Shown here one piece after another: positions 25,323 to 33,171 of a stretch of DNA of 53,593 nt. A program made the translations under genes and the position numbers. Source of the stretch: Acidobacteria bacterium RIFCSPLOWO2_02_FULL_61_28 (GTDB lineage Bacteria > Acidobacteriota > Terriglobia > 2-12-FULL-54-10); the NCBI GenBank assembly GCA_001767035.1, contig MEKR01000130.1, positions 1 to 53,593 of the forward strand. The letters run 5' to 3'. The notes under the pieces were generated by a model. The model had not been told where the DNA came from, did not search any database, and was given only the letters and a program-made list of their open reading frames with translations. Within the stretch, counting starts at the first letter, position 1; each line of letters opens with the position of its first letter.

Positions 25323-25351
25323 TTGACAAGCCCGCCGCGCCTGCGTAGTAT
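25323..25351 (+). promoter_or_regulatory. Sigma-70-like promoter TTGACA-N17-TAGTAT upstream of the RM cassette
   Basis: Read directly. GAGGA at 25362-25366 precedes GTG 25379. Confidence 0.5.
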
Positions 25352-25378
25352 CGCCTTCAACGAGGAACACCGAAACCT

Positions 25379-27652
25379 GTGACGAAACCTGTTTTGCGTC
25401 CGCGCACTCTTCTCACTCCTGACTCCTGGCTTCCACTTTCCGTTCGGCGGGAAGGCGGCAAGATCTGGAGCCACATCCGGCAAAAATGGCTTGTCGAAAC
25501 GCCTGAGGAGCGCGTGCGGCATGCCTACGTCGTTATGCTCCACAACGAATACGGCTTTTCCCTGGACCAGATGGACGAAGAGTTGAGTCCGCTGGCGGGA
25601 CGCGGATCCGCACGCGCGCGTGCCGACATAGTCGTGTGGCGAACGGTCCAGGACAAGGCTGACAGCAAGACCCCACTGATCGTGATTGAATGCAAGTCCG
25701 ATAACGTAACGATCAAAGCGGCGGATTACGCCCAAGGTGAAGCTTACGCCCTCTACTGCAATGCTCCATTCTTCGTCACGCACAACAACCGCGAGACGCG
25801 GTACTGGCGCGTCAAGAAGGACCGGATGCCGGGGGAGATCGATGAGATCGAGAATATCCCGCACGCTGACGCAAGCGACAAGGATATTCGAGAGCTAATC
25901 GAAAAACTGAAGACCTTCAAGGAAGACGAGTTCGCAGATCTGCTCCACTCCTGCCACAACGTAATCCGCAACCGCGAGCACTTGGACCCGGCGGCTGCGT
26001 TCGACGAAATTGCCAAAGTCCTGTTCGTCAAGGTGTGGGTGGAACGAGAAATGAAGGCGAAAAAGAGGCGCGTGAACCTGTTCACCGCCGACTACCTGGA
26101 CGAACAGCTAGGCACGCACCCCCTCAATGAACTGTTCCAGCAAACCAAGGAAGCCTTTGCCGATGATCGCATATTCGGGAATGACGACCGCATCAACCTG
26201 AAACTGGCGACGGGACGGGAAATCGTTCGGTTGCTGGAGCGCTATAATCTTTCCGATACCAGCGAAGATGTCAAAGGCATCGCGTTTGAACGTTTCCTGG
26301 GCAAGACCTTCCGAGGTGAGATCGGTCAATTTTTCACGCCGCGAACCATTGTTGAATTCATGGTCCGCATGATGGCCCCTAAGGAAGGCGACGTGGTTTG
26401 CGACCCGGCGAGCGGATCGGGCGGCTTCTTGATCCGTTTCTTCGAACTGGTCCGCGAATCCATCTTGGCCGAGGTGGACCGCGAGTACCAAGGTTTTGTG
26501 GCCGAACTGGACAAGAAGAAGCTATCGGAATCCAAGCGGGCCGAACTGCTGCGCGAGAAATATGCCGAACTCCAGGCGACCATCGACCAGCGGAAACGCG
26601 ATTCGCGGTTATGGAAGCTGGCCAACCGCTGCATATACGGCTGCGACGCCAACGACCGCATGGCCCGCACGTCAAAAATGAACATGATCATGCACGGCGA
26701 CGGGCATGGCGGGGTTCACCACCACAACGGCTTCATCAACGTCAACGGCATCTTTGAAGGCCGATTCGACATTCTCCTGACCAACCCGCCGTTCGGCGCG
26801 AACGTCGAACCGTCGGACCATATCACCGACACCGACGTAAAGACGAGCGATGACGAGTACCGCCGCTATGCTGAAACGTATGGTCAACTCTACAAGGAGG
26901 CGCATGGCCGCGTGAACGCTGCGAAGGGAAAACCAATCGCGTCCGTTTTTGACCTGCCGAGGCGGGGCGGTGATGGAAAGAAACTAGGCAAGGTCAAGAC
27001 GGAAATTTTGTTTATCGAACGCTGCCTGGCGTTGCTCAAGCCGGGTGGCCGAATGGGAATCGTGTTGCCAGAGGGCATCTTCAATAACCCGTCGTTGGGA
27101 TATGTCCGGGAGTTCTGCGAAGACCGTGCCCGCATTCTGGCCGTTGTAAGCCTTCCTCAAGAAACGTTCTATTCGTCTGGCGCGTCAGTTAAGGCATCGC
27201 TTCTGTTCTTGGGGAAATTCACCAGCAAGGAGCAAGCCGATTTTGAGAAGAAACGCGATGCGGCCAAAGCGGAAGTGGAAGCCAAGTACGCCGACGAAAC
27301 CGCAGCGGAAACGGCACGATTGGAAACTGAAATCGGAGCGGCCAAAAAAGCCCAGGACGCAAAACGTCGGAAGAAGGCGCAGTACGAGCTTGTCAACTAC
27401 CTGGCCCGCATCGCGGAAACGAAAACCCGTGAAGTCCGTGCCGTGCTCAAAGAGCGGTTTGACTACCCGATCTTTCTCTACGAAGCCGAGAAGGTCGGCA
27501 TTACGGCCACTGGTGAGCCGGATACGAACGAACTTTACACCAACTCAAACATGCCGGCGGGGATCACCCCTGAAGATACCTGTCTGGAGCTTTTTCGGCG
27601 ATTCAGGAAGAAGCCGGATGCCGTTGCCTCGCCGGTTAGTGTTGGGAGGTGA
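25379..27652 (+). CDS. Fusion protein: N-terminal HsdR_N-type PD-(D/E)xK nuclease domain plus gamma-class N6-adenine DNA methyltransferase (HsdM-like); RM subunit of a BcgI-like (Type IIB) or HsdR-less Type I-like system
   Basis: ..ARADIVVW..(20 aa)..PLIVIECKSD (D..ExK). MTase motifs GQFFTPR, DPASGSGGFL, LTNPPFG. Long coiled-coil C-terminal region. Confidence 0.85.
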   Translation: MTKPVLRPRTLLTPDSWLPLSVRREGGKIWSHIRQKWLVETPEERVRHAYVVMLHNEYGFSLDQMDEELSPLAGRGSARARADIVVWRTVQDKADSKTPLIVIECKSDNVTIKAADYAQGEAYALYCNAPFFVTHNNRETRYWRVKKDRMPGEIDEIENIPHADASDKDIRELIEKLKTFKEDEFADLLHSCHNVIRNREHLDPAAAFDEIAKVLFVKVWVEREMKAKKRRVNLFTADYLDEQLGTHPLNELFQQTKEAFADDRIFGNDDRINLKLATGREIVRLLERYNLSDTSEDVKGIAFERFLGKTFRGEIGQFFTPRTIVEFMVRMMAPKEGDVVCDPASGSGGFLIRFFELVRESILAEVDREYQGFVAELDKKKLSESKRAELLREKYAELQATIDQRKRDSRLWKLANRCIYGCDANDRMARTSKMNMIMHGDGHGGVHHHNGFINVNGIFEGRFDILLTNPPFGANVEPSDHITDTDVKTSDDEYRRYAETYGQLYKEAHGRVNAAKGKPIASVFDLPRRGGDGKKLGKVKTEILFIERCLALLKPGGRMGIVLPEGIFNNPSLGYVREFCEDRARILAVVSLPQETFYSSGASVKASLLFLGKFTSKEQADFEKKRDAAKAEVEAKYADETAAETARLETEIGAAKKAQDAKRRKKAQYELVNYLARIAETKTREVRAVLKERFDYPIFLYEAEKVGITATGEPDTNELYTNSNMPAGITPEDTCLELFRRFRKKPDAVASPVSVGR

Positions 27653-27655
27653 GTA

Positions 27656-29047
27656 ATGAGCATCGGGGCTGTAGCATCACCTCACGCGTCCGTTGTTTGG
27701 TTCCGTGACCTTTACCGCTGGAGCGTTTCTTCATTCGTCTCCACTGGTTGGCGCTGGCCAGCGGAGGCAATCCGTCCTCTCTCGGCGGCCTTATCGCGAA
27801 AGAGCATTGGCGTTGACTGTTCGAAGACTCCATCCGGGGCTATTCGGCTTGTTACGCTTCATTTCGATGGAGAAATCGAACTGCGCGATGCCGATGCAGC
27901 CGATAGTTTCAAGGGCCGGTTATTTTTCGCCGATCCCGGCGACGTAATTTATTCCAAGATCGACGTTCGCAATGGCGCTATCGGCATCATTGCCAAAGAT
28001 TTGGGTAGAGTTTGCGTCAGTAGCGAATACCCCGTTTATGCTGTCGACTCGAATACGGCCGACGCCCACTATATCAAGCTGGTCTTTCGGACTGACGTTT
28101 TCCGTCGCAAGATCAACAGCATGATTAGCGGTGCGAGCGGGAGGAAACGCGTGCAACCATCGGACCTTGAATCAGTCGAAATCCCCCTGCCGCCGGTGCC
28201 CGTACAACGCACCATCGTGGCACTGTGGGAAGCGGAGCGGAAGGCGGCGGCGGGCACGCAAGCCAAGATCGAAGAGCTTGAACGCAACATTGAAGCCCGC
28301 TTTCTTGCCGACCTCGGCTTGAAGGCCCCCACAAAAGCCAGGTTGCCCAAAGCCTTCGGCGTGTGGTGGAAAAACCTCGTGCGCTGGTCTGTCACGTTTA
28401 ATCAGCTCGCGAGTGTGGCCGCCGACATTAGCGGCGGCAAGTATCCGCTTACGACCTTGGGTCACGTCGGAACCGTGTCTTACGGAATTCAGAAATCCCC
28501 GGCCAATCGACCCGGCCAACATCCGCGTCCGTATCTGCGCGTTGCCAACGTGCAACGCGGTGAATTAGACCTGCGCGAGATCAAGTACATCGACGTGCCA
28601 GATTCAGAACTGCCCAGCTTGTTGCTTGAACCAGGCGACTTGGTTGTTTGCGAAGGGAACAGCGCTGACCTTGTAGGCCGACCGGCAATATGGCGAGGCG
28701 AAATCCCCGATTGCGTCCACCAGAACCATATTCTCAAGGTACGCGTAGATCGGGTACAAGCGATGTCCGGATACCTGTTGGAGTACATGAACAGCGCGCC
28801 CGCTCGTAACCACTTCCGGGCGCGTGCAAAATTCACTACGAACCTTGCATCCATCAACAGTAACGATTTGCGAGAACTGCCATTGCCGTTACCACCGCTG
28901 GAAACCCAGAGAAAGATTGTTGAACGAATTGCAAATCGACGCGCCGAGATCGCCAACCTGCGGGCTGACGCGAAAGCCCGCGCCAACGCGGCCAAGGCCG
29001 AGGTCGAAGCCATGATCCTGGGTACAAAGCCGGTGGAAGGAGCGTGA
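27656..29047 (+). CDS. hsdS: HsdS-like specificity subunit with two target-recognition domains
   Basis: Two TRDs, each followed by a conserved helix (..IPLPPVPVQRTIVALWEAE.. and ..LPLPLPPLETQRKIVERIANRRAEI..). The start lies 4 nt after the stop of the upstream gene. Confidence 0.9.
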   Translation: MSIGAVASPHASVVWFRDLYRWSVSSFVSTGWRWPAEAIRPLSAALSRKSIGVDCSKTPSGAIRLVTLHFDGEIELRDADAADSFKGRLFFADPGDVIYSKIDVRNGAIGIIAKDLGRVCVSSEYPVYAVDSNTADAHYIKLVFRTDVFRRKINSMISGASGRKRVQPSDLESVEIPLPPVPVQRTIVALWEAERKAAAGTQAKIEELERNIEARFLADLGLKAPTKARLPKAFGVWWKNLVRWSVTFNQLASVAADISGGKYPLTTLGHVGTVSYGIQKSPANRPGQHPRPYLRVANVQRGELDLREIKYIDVPDSELPSLLLEPGDLVVCEGNSADLVGRPAIWRGEIPDCVHQNHILKVRVDRVQAMSGYLLEYMNSAPARNHFRARAKFTTNLASINSNDLRELPLPLPPLETQRKIVERIANRRAEIANLRADAKARANAAKAEVEAMILGTKPVEGA

Positions 29048-29107
29048 TATGCCGCGCACCTCAAGATACGTCACCATCGAAGGCCAAGTTGCCGACGATG
29101 TAGGTTT

Positions 29108-29566
29108 CGCATCGGGACCACGCGAGCCGACGGCGCGCAGGTGCTCACGCTGCCGGAGACCATCACCGTCGCGGCGGCGCGGCCTGCGATCTTCTCGACG
29201 AATCAGCAGGGCACGGGGCAGGGAGCGATTCTGAACCAGGACTCCGCGCCGAACTCGGCGGCCAGCGCGGCTGCGCGCGGGAGCGTGATTCAAATTTATG
29301 CGACGGGGTTAGGGCCGACCAATCCTGTTGTGCCAAGCGGAAGTGCGGCTCCGTCCTCGCCGCCCGCCGTGGCGACCAACGCGGTGACGGCCACGATTGG
29401 CGGTGTCACTGTGCCGGCGCAGTTTGCGGGATTAGCGCCGGGCTTTGTGGGACTGTATCAGGTGAACGTAGAAATTCCGGCGGGCGTCACTCCCGACCCC
29501 GAAGTCCCGCTGATATTGCTCCAGAGCGGCGTGCCGAGTAACACCGTCACCTTGGCCGTGCGGTAG
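29108..29566 (+). pseudogene. Orphan C-terminal fragment (TIGR03437-type domain) of a large secreted protein gene
   Basis: ..RADGAQVLTLPETITVAAARPAIFS..GLAPGFVGLYQVNVEIPAGVTPDPEVPLILLQSGVPSNTVTLAVR aligns with the last ~150 aa of 3386..7813. It has no N-terminal part, signal peptide or RBS, and begins about 60 nt after the hsdS stop. Confidence 0.75.
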
Positions 29567-29786
29567 AAGAGAGAAGTTAGAAGTCAGGAGTCAGAAGTCA
29601 GAATCGGAGCCGCCCTTCGACTTCGCTCAGGGCCATGAGCGAAAGCCGAATGGCGACCGTAAGCGAGCGGTCAGAAGTCAGAAGAAAAGCAGGCCACGGA
29701 GACACAGAGGCACAGAGAAAGTGCGGGGCCTTCTCCCGCTTACCGGGATCGGATGACAAGCCGGAAGGCGGAAGTCAGAAGTCAGT
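29567..29786. repeat. Composite intergenic repeat: AGAAGTCAG words, CACAGAG words and hairpin module M (29717-29757, minus orientation)
   Basis: AGAAGTCAGGAGTCAGAAGTCAGAATC, GGTCAGAAGTCAGAAG, GGAGACACAGAGGCACAGAGAAAG, GTGCGGGGCCTTCTCCCGCTTACCGGGATCGGATGAC. Confidence 0.75.
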
Positions 29787-30042
29787 GTTTCTGGCGGAAC
29801 TGGGTTTACAGCACAAAAGCTGCGTGATTTTGGGGGTGATGGGCCAGTTTCCCGGTACGCTGATTCTCAGGCGGAATTCGGCTTCGATGGGACAGTTCGA
29901 CATTTCTGCAAACCCTTGGCGACTACGTCGGTGACGAGACACGGCTCGATTGAGAAGCCACGCACGAATCGCTTGCCAGTAGCCCTTCGCCGCAACTGAA
30001 CAGATCCGGCTGGAAGCCGGACCATGCCGTTCTGTTCTGTGG

Positions 30043-30426
30043 TCACACTCTACCCCGAAACCGATCGAGTTTACGGCGATCGCGTTTCGACGGTCTCCCT
30101 TCCCGCGACGATTCGAAATGCGACATCGCTTTACGCTCCGCGGCCAACTGTAGCCGCAACTCCCGGCTCGTCTCTGTCTCGCGGTAAAGCGTCTGCGCAA
30201 CCGCTGCCGGGCCGCGCATCTCACTGAGAAGCGCGACCTCCACCTGAAACGCGCCTGCGTCGCTCTCCACTTGCAACAGGTCGCCGACGCGGACCTCGCG
30301 CGAAGACTTGGCTTTTTGTCCGTTGGACGCAATCCTGCCGAGTTCACATGCCCGTGCGGCGAGCGCGCGCGTCTTGAAGAATCGGGCGGCCCAGAGCCAC
30401 TTGTCCATTCTCACGCGGGCCATCAT
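30043..30426 (-). CDS. hslR: Ribosome-associated heat-shock protein Hsp15 (S4 RNA-binding domain)
   Basis: MMARVRMDKWLWAARFFKTRALAARACELGRI..NGQKAKSSREV.. matches the Hsp15 N-terminus (..RLDKWLWAARFYKTRALA..). The start was taken at the internal ATGATG, not the maximal ORF. Confidence 0.88.
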   Translation of the reverse strand: MMARVRMDKWLWAARFFKTRALAARACELGRIASNGQKAKSSREVRVGDLLQVESDAGAFQVEVALLSEMRGPAAVAQTLYRETETSRELRLQLAAERKAMSHFESSREGRPSKRDRRKLDRFRGRV

Positions 30427-31087
30427 TCCATTTTCGCATAACGGCGGAATCTTAAGCGGGGCATCCGTGTCAACGCCTTCTGGGATGCGGACCACCGGCC
30501 CGAGTGAACCGCGTCACGATCTTGAAAGGCATCGTGAAAGGGAGCTGCGAAGCGCTCCCAGGCTTGACTTTCCCCTGCCAAGTTGATATAAATCCGTCAA
30601 TCAGGGTAGGCGGTGAAATCAAACAGTGACGTGGAACGAGATGTTTTCTTTCCAAAGGATGAAGAGGCGCGTCGTTGCCTCGAACACTGTTTTGTCATGG
30701 CATGGGACCCGCTGCGGTCGGAGCTGCTTACGCCTGGAGGCGTATGCTGGCCAACCATTTTTCGCCCGGCTGCTCCACCCGGGGATTCGCATGAAAAAAT
30801 CCAGCCCTGTCCCGCTGGTTGCTCTCCAAGGGAAGCATCCATACGGCGAGCACCCGTAGCGGTGGTCCATAGCATTTTCATCCAGACTTTTCCATGACCT
30901 CGCGATGTCGCGGTTGCCGGTATGATCCAACCCGTTTCCCGAATCGTGCTCCGGTCCCTGCTGAAAAAGAAGAGGTGCTCCGCAATTCTCCCAATCCTTC
31001 AGGCGTCGGATCCCTTGGAGAGGGTCCGAGTTCTTGGGAGGTAGTGGGTCAGTTTGAATATTTCCGAACTGGAAGGGCACGGTTTCA

Positions 31088-31413
31088 CCTGGATTATTCA
31101 TGAAGGACGGTCCTTTTTCTCTAGCCCAGCGCTTCAGCGCTGGGTAGGCAGTGTCAAGAATGACCCCCAGCCCGAAACGACATATAGATGTCGTTTCGCA
31201 GCGGGCTTCCCAAGGCCGGCTTTAGCCAGAGGGTTTAACGAGGGCTAAAGCCGAAGACCGAAAGGCTGCTAAAGCAGCCTGTAAAATAAATTGCTCCGCT
31301 TACCCCGGTCCCGCCAAGCGGGACCGGGGCTAGAGAAAAGGGGAACGGCTACAGAAGCAGCTTGGCAACGCTGGGACCAGCGCGTTTTGCGAAACCGTTA
31401 TGAATAATCCAGG
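31088..31413. mobile_element. Family-A MITE copy (opposite orientation to 14217-14523) flanked by direct TTCA
   Basis: CCTGGATTATTCATGAAGG...TTATGAATAATCCAGG. TTCA at 31084-31087 and 31414-31417. Contains an extra perfect palindrome at 31173-31198. Confidence 0.8.
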
Positions 31414-31430
31414 TTCAGGAACAGAAATCC

Positions 31431-33128
31431 ATGTCAGGGCATAGCAATCCGGGAAAGGGAAATCGGAGGAAGGCTGTTCTGATGATGGCTCTGGCGATCA
31501 TTGCGTCCAGCCGGTTGCCATTAGAAGCTCAAAACACCAGCGTCACCGGCGTGGTAAAAAGCGCGGCGGGAGAGCCCGTGTCGGGCGCATTGGTCAAAGT
31601 GAGCAGCCAAGAGGAGCGGATTGAATTCATGGTGGTCACGCAGGCACAAGGCCGCTACAGCACTCCCAATCTTCTTCCGGGAAAGTATACGATCCAGGCT
31701 TTTGGAGGCACTCATCAGAGTCCGTCTGCGGACCCGATCGAGCTCCGCAGGGGCCGGCAGGGGAAGACGGATGTTGTATTGAGCGCCCTGCTGCAGATTT
31801 CTCCGCGAGAGAAACGGATGACGGACGCGGCAGAATACGAGAAGTTGATGCCAGTGTCGGAAGATGGAATCCAACATGTCATCGCGGGCATTTGTTCTGA
31901 GTGTCATTCATTGGAGTGGATTCTTTCCGCCCGGAAGACTCCGGAGAAGTGGCAAGAAACTCTGGATAGGATGGGAGTCAAAGTAATCGGGAATCGGCGG
32001 GCTCTCAGCCCGCTGGTGAGGCCGCAACGGGAACACGAAGACCCCTTGATGATGAAATATTTCTCGAAGCATTTCACCCCGGGTGTCCCTCAGGACCCTC
32101 GGGTTGTGAAGCAGTGGCTCCTTCGCAAAGGGGGCCCTTCCCACCCCAACAGAAACCTGCCCCCAACGTTGCTTACGGGTGCGGCCGCCAAATACTTCGC
32201 GATGGAGTTCTCTCTGCCGGCCGGCTCTGCGCCCCATGACATCGCGGTTGATTCCCAGGGGATAGCCTGGGTCAGTGAAAGAAACCCAGGCATGCTTGGC
32301 CGGTTTGATCCCAATTCGCTTGCATATGGCCGCATGGCATCTCCTCCTGGGGCGTATCCCGAGTTCCAATTGAACGCGGTTGCGGTTGATCCCCAAGACC
32401 AGATTTGGTGCGTGGATGACGGTCCCAACGCTCGCATTCTACAGTACGATCCGAAAAGCCGGGAATTCAACAGCTATCCGATTCCCGAGTATCGTTGGCC
32501 GGTTCCTGAGATCGGTTGGGCCCGGATCCAAACGCTCGGTTTCTTGAAAGGGCAGGTCTGGGCAGCGGGAAAAACGTCCGACCGGATCATTCGGCTGGAC
32601 CCTAAAACCCGAAGGTTTACCCACTATCCTCTGCCCCGGATTTCGGTGCCTTTTGGATTGGCGATCAGCAGCGGCATGGTTTGGTACTCGGCACAAGTCG
32701 GCAACGCTGTCATGAAACTGGATCCAAGCACCAGCAGACTTACACCCTTTATCGTGCCCACCCTGAGATCCGGCCTGAGAGGGATGGCGGCCGATGGAGA
32801 AGGGAATCTCTGGGTAGCGGCACTGGAATCAGGCAAGCTGGTAAACGTGGATCGCACGGGTAATATTACGGAATACTCTCCCCCCACGGAAGACCCCGGT
32901 CCTTTTGCGGTCGCTGTGGACGCGAAACGGAACCTGATTTGGTTTAGCGAAGTTTTCTCGGACAGGATTGCCCGGTTTGATCCCAGCACCAGCACATTTG
33001 TGGAGTTTCCGCACCCGAGCGCGGATTCCGATGTGCGAAGGATCGAGGTAGATCGCAGTCATCCGAATCGGGTGTGGTGGTCCAGCCCTCGCAACGACAA
33101 GATCGGGTACATGGAAGTGATGGATTGA
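31431..33128 (+). CDS. CarboxypepD_reg-like / CxxCH / Vgb-like beta-propeller protein, paralog 2
   Basis: Signal peptide. VTGVVKSAAGEPVSGALVKV. GICSECHSLEW. Propeller blades (..QGIAWVSERN.., ..DQIWCVDDG.., ..GNLWVAALE.., ..RNLIWFSEVF..). Confidence 0.85.
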   Translation: MSGHSNPGKGNRRKAVLMMALAIIASSRLPLEAQNTSVTGVVKSAAGEPVSGALVKVSSQEERIEFMVVTQAQGRYSTPNLLPGKYTIQAFGGTHQSPSADPIELRRGRQGKTDVVLSALLQISPREKRMTDAAEYEKLMPVSEDGIQHVIAGICSECHSLEWILSARKTPEKWQETLDRMGVKVIGNRRALSPLVRPQREHEDPLMMKYFSKHFTPGVPQDPRVVKQWLLRKGGPSHPNRNLPPTLLTGAAAKYFAMEFSLPAGSAPHDIAVDSQGIAWVSERNPGMLGRFDPNSLAYGRMASPPGAYPEFQLNAVAVDPQDQIWCVDDGPNARILQYDPKSREFNSYPIPEYRWPVPEIGWARIQTLGFLKGQVWAAGKTSDRIIRLDPKTRRFTHYPLPRISVPFGLAISSGMVWYSAQVGNAVMKLDPSTSRLTPFIVPTLRSGLRGMAADGEGNLWVAALESGKLVNVDRTGNITEYSPPTEDPGPFAVAVDAKRNLIWFSEVFSDRIARFDPSTSTFVEFPHPSADSDVRRIEVDRSHPNRVWWSSPRNDKIGYMEVMD

Positions 33129-33171
33129 ATTCCCCGCCCCGTTAGATACCCGCCGATGCGCCGCGCTCGGC

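Noticed and set aside
29575-29790. Short tandem words (AGAAGTCAG, CACAGAG; also GAACCGAG at 50772-50830), considered as a possible CRISPR array or degenerate array.
   Set aside because: Periods are 7-9 nt with no repeat-spacer organisation, no 25-40 nt direct repeats and no cas genes. They belong to the module-M composite repeats.
29775-30042. The tail of ORF 29775..30347 (-) contains ..RLRISVPGNWPITPKI.., reminiscent of the HigB/RelE-type toxin core (..WSI.V..NWRI.F.F..).
   Set aside because: Only about 12 residues match, and key Arg/Phe positions are Pro. There is no start codon in a sensible place, no antitoxin gene, and the ORF overlaps hslR upstream. It could be a decayed TA remnant next to the RM cassette, but this is not demonstrable from sequence alone.
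30619-31101. 160-aa minus-strand ORF. It gave vague motif-level echoes of both a metallophosphoesterase (GNIQ.., GPEHDSG, GNRD) and the C-terminal part of an FGE/SUMF1 domain (WENC..GP..RSW).
   Set aside because: Its start codon lies inside the family-A MITE. The two readings are mutually incompatible and have wrong motif spacing, so any catalytic-residue match is probably pareidolia. At best it is a decayed remnant, and I cannot support a call without a profile search.
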